The notes beneath the pieces are model-generated. The model was not told the DNA's origin. It saw only the letters and a program-made list of their open reading frames with translations, and made no database searches. 64,000 nucleotides of DNA from Amoebidium appalachense (taxonomy: Eukaryota > Protista > Ichthyosporea), in assembly GCA_963693365.1 (NCBI GenBank), contig CAVNZM010000007.1, forward strand, positions 9,545,962 through 9,609,961, written 5' to 3'. Numbering within the stretch: position 1 is the stretch's first letter; every line of letters starts with the position of its first letter. Shown in pieces: positions 43,690-64,000 of the stretch. The translations under genes were made by a program, and so were the position numbers.

Positions 43690-44459
43690 GAATGCGGAAC
43701 ACGGTACGAGGTACACATATGCACACGATGAGAAGCATGGTGCAGGACACATGCAAAGGCAAACATTCAAGTATGCAACATCAGCCATGCGCACAGTATG
43801 CGTCATAAACAGAGCCCATCCTCAGGGAGGGCCCAAGTCATCAATTGCGTCTCAGTTTCGACCCCTTAGCCCGCGTATATACGACTCTCGGGGGGGGGGG
43901 GGGGGGGGGGGGGGAGGGGTTTGAATGCGTCAAAAAGTACGAAGTACACAAGAACAAACGGATAACACGATGCAGAATGCAAGCCATACGAGTATGCATA
44001 GTAAGCAGAGCCCATCCTCAGGGGGGGCCCACGTTATCCACAGTACCCGAGTTTCGACCTATTCACCTCGTTAAACGAAACCGAACTCGGATACTGTTTC
44101 ACTTGAACATGGGTAGGTCACCCGTCTTGATCAGAGACGAGCAGGGTTGCTTATGCAGGCAAGGGCAGTGGGAAAGGCCGGGGGTTACAGTTGCAGCAGT
44201 AAGCAGAAGCAAGAAAAATATAGATAGGCACTCAGGAGACGGGGCTTCTAGGAAGCTCCCCCGTCGCTACCTAAGTCGATACTTCCCTGGCTAACATACT
44301 ACACCAGCCGAAAAGAATCAAGTCCCGAAGGCCGCAGAATTCGCAATCAGAGGGGAAAGTATAAGGTCTGACCCACACCGCAGGGTAGTAACACGGTTAC
44401 TAGGGCGGAACTTTAACGTCTTCGAACGGAAAGCTATGCCCCCGGATGTCGGAGGGGGG

Positions 44460-44498
<39 letters not shown>

Positions 44499-45121
44499 GG
44501 TGGAAGAAATAAAAACAAGATAAGAAGAATCGAGAACACACAAATGAATTTATAAAACAAAAAGAAGTAGGAGTGTACAGGGGCAGGGACAAGCAAGAAC
44601 AGGCACAAGCATACCAACATCATGCAAGTTGCCAACATAAAAGGAGTCCACTCTCAAGGCCAATCCAAAGTGCCTACGCCTACGAATACATCCCCCCCCC
44701 CTCCCCCCCCCCCCCCCTCTCCCCCATAGATAGTTGAGTTCACGACTTAAGGAGCTCCTTAACAAATAAGCAGTTGCTATTGATTTGCTGAGCCCCAAAT
44801 TAAATCGCAGAGCATTGCTTATACTTGACATTGTCGTCACAAAGAATGCTGTTGCCAAGAAAATATGACCAGTCCAGCCAGCAACAAAAACAGGGGGCTA
44901 AAACTGTGCAGTGCAGGGATTATTCATAGAACACTTCCAACTCAACAATACCTATATTAACATCTGACGAGAGAGATAGAGCGAGAGAGAGAAGGAGAGA
45001 CGGAAAGGGAGGGGGGGGGGGGGGGGGGGGGGGGGGAGAGAGAGAGGGGGGAGAAGAGGAAGAGGGAGAGAGAGTGAAGGAGACAAGCGGTGCATTCATC
45101 CGGGTGGAACAAGGTCACGCG

Positions 45122-45168
<47 letters not shown>

Positions 45169-45685
45169 TCTCCCTATCTTTCCACAGCCGGGCATGCTTA
45201 TCTAATGCTTCATATACGTGCGAAAGTGTGTGTGTGTGTCTGTGGGCGCGCGCGTGTGCGTGTGTGCATGCGTGTGTGCGCGCGCATACGTGTGTGAGAA
45301 AGGGGGAAGAGGATCCAAACCAAAGCACGCACCTCCATAACCAGCCTGATTGTAACCACCCTGGCCATATCCGGCTGCTGCCGACTGGTCTGCCCCATAG
45401 CCCTGGCCCCCGTAGCTGCCGTAGCTGCCACTGCCATAGCCATCCTGGCTGCCGTACCCGGTGCTAGCGCTCTGGTTGCCTGCACACACACATGTAGAGT
45501 TAGACCACATTCGCAAACACAATAAGAGCAAGAACAGGGCAATGTCCAATAGGTATGCAAGGTGCTGGTGTTGAACACCCCACTGTCTGTGCATTATTAG
45601 TCTCCAAGGATATGTACCCACTGGCTTACGTAAGTGGCCGCGCACTACTACCTCACGGGACAAAAAAGGCACTACTACCACGGGA

Positions 45686-45720
<35 letters not shown>

Positions 45721-45930
45721 TCGCAGGGAAGACAGGACAGCACTTAGAGTGACTAGTGTATTATATCCATGTGACTACGGTCCCGACAAAACACCCCGTT
45801 CAATCGCAGTTTTCCGAGGATCTCCCATACTGACACGTATACTATCATACAGATGACCAGCTCATGCGGACCACTCCCCCCCCCCCCCCCCCCCTTCCTC
45901 GACTGATGGTGATTTGTATGTGTCTGATTG

Positions 45931-45983
<53 letters not shown>

Positions 45984-46376
45984 GTTTAGGGTGTGTGTGT
46001 GTGTGTGTGTGTGTGTGGTATGGTTGGGAGTGCGTGTCTCTGTGTGTGTGTGTGCGCGCGCGCGTGCGCGCGTGTGCGGTTGTGTGTGTGTGCGCGCGTG
46101 CGTGTTGGGGGTGTACCCCGGTAGGGGTGGCCGGGGTGGGGGTGGCACAAACACAGTGTCTTACAGGAATACGTGCCAATGAGCACGGTGCAAACGAACA
46201 CCAATGAAAAGAAACATGCACACACGTCTACACACATATGCCAACTTCAAAACTGCTGCAAGCAGAGTACATCCTTAGGGTGACGAGGGGGAGGGGGGAG
46301 GGGAGGGGGGGGGTTGAATATGTCATAAAGTACGAAGTACACAAGAACAACGGATAACACGCTGCAGAGTGCGGGG

Positions 46377-46409
<33 letters not shown>

Positions 46410-47034
46410 CTGCATCCTACCGTATCCGCCACCATAGCCACCCTGTTGCTGGTTGTATCCCCCCTGACCATATCCCCCCTGAGACCCATAGCCGCTGGCC
46501 TGGTTTCCATACCCACCCTGGTTGTATCCTCCCTGACTATATCCCCCCTGATTGTAGCCCACCTGCTGCCCGTAACCCCCCCTGCTGATTGTTGTAGCCA
46601 CCCTGGTTGTTATAACCCCCCTGATTTCCGTATCCCCCGCCGTAGCCCTCTCTCTGGTTTGTGTTTCCTGCACCATAGCCGCCGCCCTGGCGATTCTGAT
46701 TGTAGCCACCGCCCTGTTGCTGGTTGAACCCACCGAACCTGCAAAGGTTGTTTCGATGTTAGCCACAGAGGGAGTATTGCTCGATAACAGGTCGTGCACA
46801 AATGGCCGATAACCAGCACACACCCACAAGCATAAGAGCATGGAAGGTGGGTGTGGTCGGGCGTTCAATATGACCGACGGCACATCAACAAAAGTCACAA
46901 AAACAAACATTGAGCCGATATGTGTGGGTATGCACGTCTCCACGTCTGCACGTGTGTATGTGACAGTATGTATGAATGGTTATGAGTGCCTGTGAAGCTG
47001 TATGTATGGATGTGTGTGTGTGACCTCATGCATG

Positions 47035-47099
<65 letters not shown>

Positions 47100-48146
47100 G
47101 CGTGTGTGTCTGTGTCTGTGTCTGTGTCTGTGTCTATGTGTGTGTGTGTGTGTGTGTGTGTGCATGTGTGCACATGTGCCCAAATGTGTTTGCATCTGCG
47201 CACGAAGGAGCATAGGAGCATGCCGCACCTGTTGCTGCCAGACTCCATTGTACCCTTAGGCTGTGCCTTCTTAATCTCAGCCCTCTTCCCATCCACATCC
47301 ACATAGTGCAGCCTCACCAGTGTCTCCACAGAGTCTTCATTGTCAAACGTGATAAACCCAAACCCTCGAAACTTGTCCGTTGCGCGGTCCTTCATCAGAA
47401 GAATCTCCTCGACCGTACCCCACTGGGAGAAAAACTGCCTGACGGTCTCTTCGGTGGAGGAGACGGGGAGACCACCAACGAAGATCTTTTTGGTGCGGTA
47501 GCCCGCTGAGCGGTCTTCCCTCTCACCGCGGGGACGTGCGTGTTTCACGTCCACCTGGGAGGGGAGGGGGGGGGGGGGGGGGGGGGGGGGGAGGGTTAGC
47601 AACAATAGGCATGGGGTCGTTGTGTGGATGGAACGGGAGGTAAGAAAAGGCACAATGCCAGGAGGGAATCAACGCTCCATATAACAAGGGCAATAGCACC
47701 CCGTTTGCAGTTGTCCAAGTAGTTGCATGTACTATTCCTTGCATGCCAGACGGACACACGTGATCGGCAGAGTAAGAGTCAATATATCGGAGGATTGGGG
47801 TTGGGGTTGGGGTTGGGGTTGGGGGGTTTGAATGCGGAACACGGTACGAAGTGCGCATACACAGGCAGGGGGGGGGGGGGGGGGAGGGAGGATACAGTTG
47901 TACGGCACGAGTAGAGCGACAAACAACGAAGGACATAGTGCATGGTGTATAATGACACACAAAACCGGCACAGAATACACAACTTAGGCAGGGGGTTAAG
48001 GTAGAAGGGGAGGGTAGAATGTGCTACAGAGAACGAAGCAAACATTCACGACGGGCAACACAATGCCGAGCCCAACAAGCCACGCATGAGCTGTATGCAT
48101 GGTAAGCAGAGCAGATCCTCAGGGGGGCCCAAGTCATCCACAATAC

Positions 48147-48202
<56 letters not shown>

Positions 48203-48327
48203 AGAGGGGTGAGGGGGGGGCAAGCCAAGTACAGACTATAGGTTGCGGAAGTAAATTGCGGATCAGTTGTGAGATTTTGGAGTGGGATTTAGGAAACGAG
48301 GGGCAAAGAGCCATGTGGTGACAGGAG

Positions 48328-48372
<45 letters not shown>

Positions 48373-49683
48373 ATTTGTGTGCACATTAATGTATCTAGGT
48401 GACTCTGTAAGTGCAGCAGGCACGTTTCGTGTGTAAATCTGTGTACACATCCATGCGAACTGAGTTGGTGTATGGTAGGGGGTAAGGATAATGGGGGGCT
48501 CATTACTTCACGGCCATCGATGTTGTGGGGACCACCGGCAATTGCTGCCTCGACAACAGAGGGATCAGCAAAGCGCACGAACCCAAAGCCCCTGCCCAAG
48601 CACCTTCTGTTAGCTGCTGCAAAGGTAATGCCTCACACTGCATCTGTTGCAAATACATCTCAAAGAGTGCCTAAAGGGTTCAATGAACTCGTGCACCCAA
48701 AACTGAGAAAGGAATATACAATAAGAACCAAACAAAACAAAAATGTCAAACAACAGCACTCCGGAAAGGGAATGCCTTGTGCATGGCACTTACTTTGAGC
48801 GGCCGGTGACCTGGTCCTTCATCACCACCACCTCCACCACCTCACCGAACTTGCTGAAGTAATCCCGAACACCATCTATAGGAGACATAGTCAGCAGATG
48901 GTACTCTTTCAGGCAGATGTAAAAAAGCAAGGACAGGTGTGAATGGATGCACGATCAACAGCCAGTCAAGAATTAATAAGGTTAGAACGGTTGGGTAACC
49001 GTATAAATATGATGAGTTCCGATTCAGACAAAAGCTAACAGAAAAGGGTGGGTGGGTGGGAGGGGGGGGGTGGGGGGGGGGGAGATTAGGCAGAGATGGT
49101 GGTAAAAGAAGGTGGGTCTCTAACCTTCTTTGGTCTCCCACGGAAGCCCACCAACAAAGAGCTTGCTGTTCGGCAGAAGCGTCATGGTAAGTGGATGAAG
49201 GAACGGTGACAAGCCTTGTACATAAAAACATCCTCATGGCTTGGCTCTTCCTTAAGTAAACCAAATATCCATACCGGGACCCTATTAAACAGTGCACCCC
49301 CCTCCCCACTCTCAGTCTTATGTGCACCTACCTCTACCACCCCCACTGACCACTCCACATTTCCCGTCCTCTAACTCTTTCCTGCTCTCTCTCTCTCTGC
49401 TGGCCCATGCCCAAAGCTCCACCCCTTGGGGATGCGCTGCCTCTTGCCCTACTCATCCTGCTGCTAAGCATTTTTTGGGGTGGCGTGGGTAAAATCCAAA
49501 CGACCTGCACCTAAGCTACCCTCCTCATAGGGCTACATCCATGCACTTCGTAGCTAACAAAAGAGCGTTTAGAAACTGCAATAAACCTCTCAAAAAAACA
49601 AGCACTCACCCCTCAGTGCTGCTCCGGCTGCCGCCGTTTGCTTGAGAGTCACCAGCGTCACCAGAATAAGAATGGTCTGCCAT
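43403..49683 (-). CDS. Two-RRM RNA-binding protein with G/Y/N/Q-rich tail (hnRNP A/B/D, Musashi, DAZAP1 family); final exon unresolved
   Basis: Approximate exons: 49683-49610, 49165-49125 (KLFVGGL), 48875-48794, 48591-48507 (GFGFVRF), 47554-47229 (KIFVGGL..RGFGFITF), 46738-46421, 45480-45332 and 43508-43403. One extra G in the run at 46576-46582 shifts the frame. Confidence 0.92.
43688..43889 (-). mobile_element. Poly(C)-tailed element, divergent subfamily
   Basis: Shares ttgaatgcg, gtacga.gtacac, cagagcccatcctcaggg.gggccca.gt and agtttcgacc; the spacers differ; G-runs on both sides. Confidence 0.8.
43920..44452 (-). mobile_element. Longest (~530 bp) copy of the poly(C)-tailed element
   Basis: The first ~280 bp match the other copies. 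The remainder is hairpin-rich (e.g. gacggggcttc-tag-gaagctcccccgtc) and ends at a G-run. The distal part is assigned by position only. Confidence 0.8.
46314..46373 (-). mobile_element. 60-bp stub of the poly(C)-tailed element between G-runs
   Basis: ttgaatatgtcataaagtacgaagtacacaagaacaacggataacacgctgcaga. Confidence 0.85.
47795..48149 (-). mobile_element. Cluster of 2-3 tandem diverged copies, the first tailed by (TTGGGG)5
   Basis: 47827-47868, possibly 47893-47990, and 48014-48149 (taagcagagcagatcctcaggggggcccaagtcatccaca). Confidence 0.7.
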
Positions 49684-51230
49684 GATGGTAACTGTGATCG
49701 GAAGAACGTCAGTTTCCCTGCTGGCACCAGAAATTCTGCATGGGGGGGATAAGGGAGGGTGGGGGGGGAAAGATTGATTTCTCTGCTCTTGGCGGTAGAG
49801 CACAACGACTGTGAATATAGTGACTTGTTTTCTTCGTTTCGTAGAAACACACGAACTTTCCAGAGCCCCGCTCAAAAACTCTCGAGATCCAGAACCTCCT
49901 CCGCCCCCTTCCCCTCCCACGAACCTTAACCGTCTTCTCTTTTGTTACACTCGATATCAATATGAGTAGAATATTGAAACATTATCATATTCGAACTAAC
50001 CTTGTTGTCGGTTGCTCAAAGACTCCCTTTACAAGCCTATGTTTTATATGCTCTGGCTGTGCTGTAGCATTCAAACGGCCGTGCCGGCGGCCAGGTTCAA
50101 GCGCGCCAAACTAAAGGCACGACAGATCAAACAGTGACATAAAGCCAATAGAATCACCCCAACAAAATATCTAAATTAAAAAATATATAAAACAAGACCA
50201 TTCTGTGATTTGTATTCAATCACATTGGTCGATTAGTTATTGATTTTGCCACAGGCTCCTCCTCAGCAACGGGGCCCGGCCGGCAAAACAGAGCCACGTG
50301 TGCGCATAATAATGGCGGCGATCATGTGTTTTTTTTAATCTGCAAGGTCTGAATACGGTGCCACCAGCGTAAGCTACATATGGCCATATCATAGTCTGTT
50401 TTCAATAAAAACGGCGTACAAGACTACAAACAGTCTACTTCTGGCAGGGGCACTCACTCAAAAAAAAAAAGAAAAGAAAAAAAAGACCAACCATCATGAT
50501 CATTTGAACGGAGTGCGTGCGTGTTGCCCTCTGAAGGTCCATCTTGGCAACTCTACCGTATTTGTGGGCGACAAAAGAGCGTAACTGATCTGCAAGAACC
50601 ATCATCGTACATCCATGACGTCTTTTTATCCACAATTCACGTTCACCCCTGATCAAGAGGCAGTTGTGATGCATGGGGCGTTTGCATGCTGCTGGTGTTT
50701 ATTTGTGCAATAGCAAGCACAGCCTGCATATATGCGAGATCATGACGTTCTGCCATAAGTCGCTGCTTGTGACCTTTTCTTTATTATTAGACATATGTAC
50801 ACACCTTTCAATTTTATGAGCACTGCGTGCATATACACACCTTCCAATTTTCTGAGCACTGTGTGCATATATATTCAATATTGGCCTAATATATTACTAT
50901 CTACTTTACCGGAACATTTTGTGCCATCGACCATGTGATACATACCAGTCCTAAATTTACATAAGCCGTGTACACTGATGCTTTAATAAATTGATAAATT
51001 CACCCGTGGAATTATTACCGCTGCAGTCCGTTGTGGGTGGCCACACGGTTTCATATATGTAACACCTAACCTAATAAATTCTCTCACTCAACATGTCTTC
51101 GGCGTACATAAGAGTGTTCGTATATATATTTATCATCTTGCACTCCTCAGTGACAATTCTTAACCGCAGGAAAAGCAAGCATGTGGTGCACTATTCGTGT
51201 GTTTCTCATGTATGAGTATGTGTGTGTTAT

Positions 51231-51262
<32 letters not shown>

Positions 51263-51264
<2 letters not shown>

Positions 51265-51492
51265 GAATGCGTCATAAAGTACGGAAGTACACAAGAACAA
51301 ACGGATAACACGATGCAGAATGCAAGCCATACATAAAGAGTATGCATAATAAGCAGAGCCCATCCTCAGGGGGGGCCCACGTCAACCACAGTACCCGAGT
51401 TTCGACATATTCACCTCGTTAACGAAACCCAACTCAGATACTGTTTCACTTGAACATGGGTAGGTCACCCGTCTTGATCAGAGACGAGCAGG
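51263..51492 (-). mobile_element. Young 230-bp poly(C)-tailed copy with G-runs on both sides
   Basis: Near-identical to 43920-44145 and to the reverse complement of 53822-54047. Confidence 0.92.
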
Positions 51493-51531
<39 letters not shown>

Positions 51532-51671
51532 CACATACACGAGTGTATGGGTGGGCGGGTGTGTGTGTGTGTGTGTGCGTCCCCAAACGTGTGTGTATGT
51601 GGTGTGTGTGTGTATATGTGTGCGTGTCATGTGGGTTTTTTTTTTTGTTTTTTTTATTTTTGGTTGGTTGG

Positions 51672-51705
<34 letters not shown>

Positions 51706-51706
51706 T

Positions 51707-61297
<9,591 letters not shown>

Positions 61298-62300
61298 GGC
61301 GGCAACAATCGAGAAATATGCAACCGCCCCCTACAGCTGGAAGAGTGTGTGGTTAGGTCACAGTAGTAGCGCACACACGACACAAGTGCACCGAACGTAT
61401 CTTAAGCGAGCGAGGTTGTGAGGGGATGGCTACACAGAGAAAGAGGCACAGAGACGTATAACGAAGGACAGAAGGGAGGTGCATAGCATGCTCTCCAACA
61501 CAGAGTATGCAACGCACACTGAGCTCCCCATAGAGTAAACAACGCATACAGAGCTCCTTGTCAAAAGTACCACAGGACGAGGGGGGGCCGGGGGGGGGGG
61601 GGAGGGGGGGGGGGGGGGGGGAGGAGGGGAAGGGGGTTATTTCACAGCCGGTAACAGAGCGTGGATATGCAAAAAGAGGCACACGACAAAAAAGTCGTGT
61701 GAAACCTAACTCGGAACTTACTTAATTTGAACGTTGGTGGTAACTCAGAGGTGGGGCGGGGAGAGGGGGGGAGGGGGGGGGGGGAGGGGGGGGGGGGGAG
61801 GAGGGGGGGGGGGGGGGGGGGGGGGGGGCAGGAACTGCGAGGTTGGAAAAATAACGAAAGGGTCTGTTCGTGTCTTTGTGTGCAAGGAAGGCAGGAGGGA
61901 TGGGGCTGGGGGGGAGGGGGGATGAGGTTCACAGTGCAGGGCATTGCGCAAGCGGAGCATAAAAACACGAACAAGGCACATTCTGCAGCCTGACAGGACA
62001 GGAAGGAAAACGTTTCCTACTTGCAGCAAAAGCATAGCCCATTCTGCAGGAAGCTCAGACCGGGGAGAAGGCGGAGGAGGGGGGGGGAACCTGAGTTCAC
62101 TGTGTGTAACACAAAGCGAAACGTAGTGGGGTATAAAGTGTGTGCTATAACGGCCTGTGTGCTATAACGGCCAAAAAGCAACTATAGCAACGCCATGGAA
62201 TGTGGGGTGAGCTCTACTTCTACACAGCTCACCAATTCTATCTCAAAAGGGTTAGGACAGGACAGGAGAGGAGGGGAGGGCGGGGGGTTTTGCTGGCGGG

Positions 62301-62345
<45 letters not shown>

Positions 62346-62386
62346 GGGGGGGGGGGGGGGGGGGGGGAGGGGGTGGTGGTGGTGGT

Positions 62387-62429
<43 letters not shown>

Positions 62430-64000
62430 CTCGGAAGTGGAGGTGGTGCATCAATGCGAGGACCAAGTACATCTAAGGACCTCGCCGCACGACCCAACTC
62501 AGAGCACCCAACCAACAGCTCAGCTCCAGAGCTCAGTGCGAGCAAGCCTTGAATGTGCAAAACACGTTCCAAAAACACGTTTAACTTACTGACCTTGTAC
62601 AGTCTAGGACCTCAGCCTTCCTTGCAACCAATTCCAGGCGGCAAGGTCCTTAGCTTGCCTGTCGAGCAAGCAGTCTCAAGATCTTTTTTTTTTTTTTTTT
62701 TTTTTTTTGAATAACAATAGAAACGTTTCAGGTGCTCTGTCTTCGTTACACACTTACATATTACGTGTGGAATTGCCACCTGATTAACAAGAAGTGCAGA
62801 CAAATTTTACCAGAAGAAGCCCTGTCTTCAAACGAAGTATTGGCTCTAAATACACCAATGTAACCTTGGTCACTGTTGCACGCTGAGGTAAAACTGATAC
62901 AGCTTCAACTTCATGATGTGGCACGCTCGCATGAGTCTCCCTAAACTTTACCATTGTTGGATGCTCAGGGTCACATGCCTTGCCAGACGCCGCCAGGTGC
63001 TCGTTTTGCTGTAATAATGGCTCTCCTCTCGTCTTATGAGTTTTTTTTTTTTTTTTTAAAGTAAACCCCATGCACGATATTATTATATGTGCATAGAAAA
63101 ATAAACAAGCGTTATGTTTTAATATTTACCTGCGGAGGCAGGCGCCGCGTGACTATCCGTGACGCCTCTGAGCCCGGGGTTTTCTGAGCCCCAGAAAACC
63201 GCCTGCCCCAGCACCCCACCACCCGATTCGGAATCACGATCTTGAAATATCAGCTGGCTCGTGCATTCGAAGCTTTTGATAGGTTGGCAAAACTAGTCTC
63301 GATACACCCTACACAAGGGTGTCAAGATTCTAGGGGTGTCTAATATCACTGACACTAAAGAATTGCCCTTCTTTCAACTGACACTAGAGGTAGAGCTAAA
63401 CATGGATGCACATGTATGCAATCATTTTCCAAAAACAAAAACAAATAGAAAAATTTTTAACTCTATTTATGGGGAAAAAAATGGACAATGCGTCATCCCC
63501 ATACGCTACAGATATTCAAGCCAAGTTTTACAGGAAAATCAGCTTAGAAAATTGTGTTACGCAATTTTTTGGGGGGGACCATTCTATCTTTCCGAGCGCC
63601 GCATCATGTCAGTGCCCATGCAGGAATGCTCACGTTGTGATATATAATCATTTATCATGCGTGATGAAAATCTCCGTTTAAATTGGCTTGTCTTTTGCCT
63701 CTAATATATTACCTAGAACCTCCCCAATTTCAAAAAAAAAAAAAACTTCCGGTCCCATCTTCGAATATTTAGGAGCAGTTGACCCGCTAGATCAGAAAGC
63801 AAGAAATGTAAATGTGTTGGCCATGGTGAATGTTTTTTCAAAAGTTACATACAGGCAAATGTTGCTATCAAAGCAGTTTTCCAAAAGACTATTCGTTTCC
63901 ATAATCATTATTATAGATAATTCAATTTGGTTATCTGAGCGATTCCCATTGCTGAATTGAATTACTAATAGTTAGTTAAATCTCCTCTCGTACAAATATT

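Noticed and set aside
46570-46590. Programmed frameshift in the hnRNP-like gene
   Set aside because: A single extra base in a G7 run; homopolymer error is far more likely
62784-63071. 95-aa ORF upstream of bHLH-PAS B
   Set aside because: No recognisable domain, and it spans a homopolymer; probably UTR or intron sequence

Overview
Intron-rich eukaryotic genomic DNA saturated with (CA)n and poly-G/poly-C tracts; almost all ORFs in the supplied track are microsatellite artefacts. Splicing the exons by hand gives five genes. These are a ~24-exon Slo/BK-family K+ channel (minus strand, running off the left edge), a GPANK1-like ankyrin/G-patch gene (plus strand, head-to-head with the channel), two paralogous bHLH-PAS-PAS transcription factors (both minus), and between the latter an hnRNP A/B/D-Musashi-type 2xRRM gene. 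The gene content suggests a holozoan, possibly unicellular (inference only). Mobile DNA includes a THAP-encoding TIR element with a 7-bp TSD, a Tc1/mariner-type MITE and a tRNA-derived SINE. The most unusual signal is a dispersed family of at least 15 structured non-coding elements. They have a fixed end (..GCATTCAA) running into poly(C), are variably truncated at the other end, sit inside C/G homopolymer tracts, and keep a covarying stem plus hammerhead-core-like motifs across divergent subfamilies. Exon coordinates are hand-derived and approximate. Two apparent coding frameshifts fall in homopolymers and are probably assembly errors.
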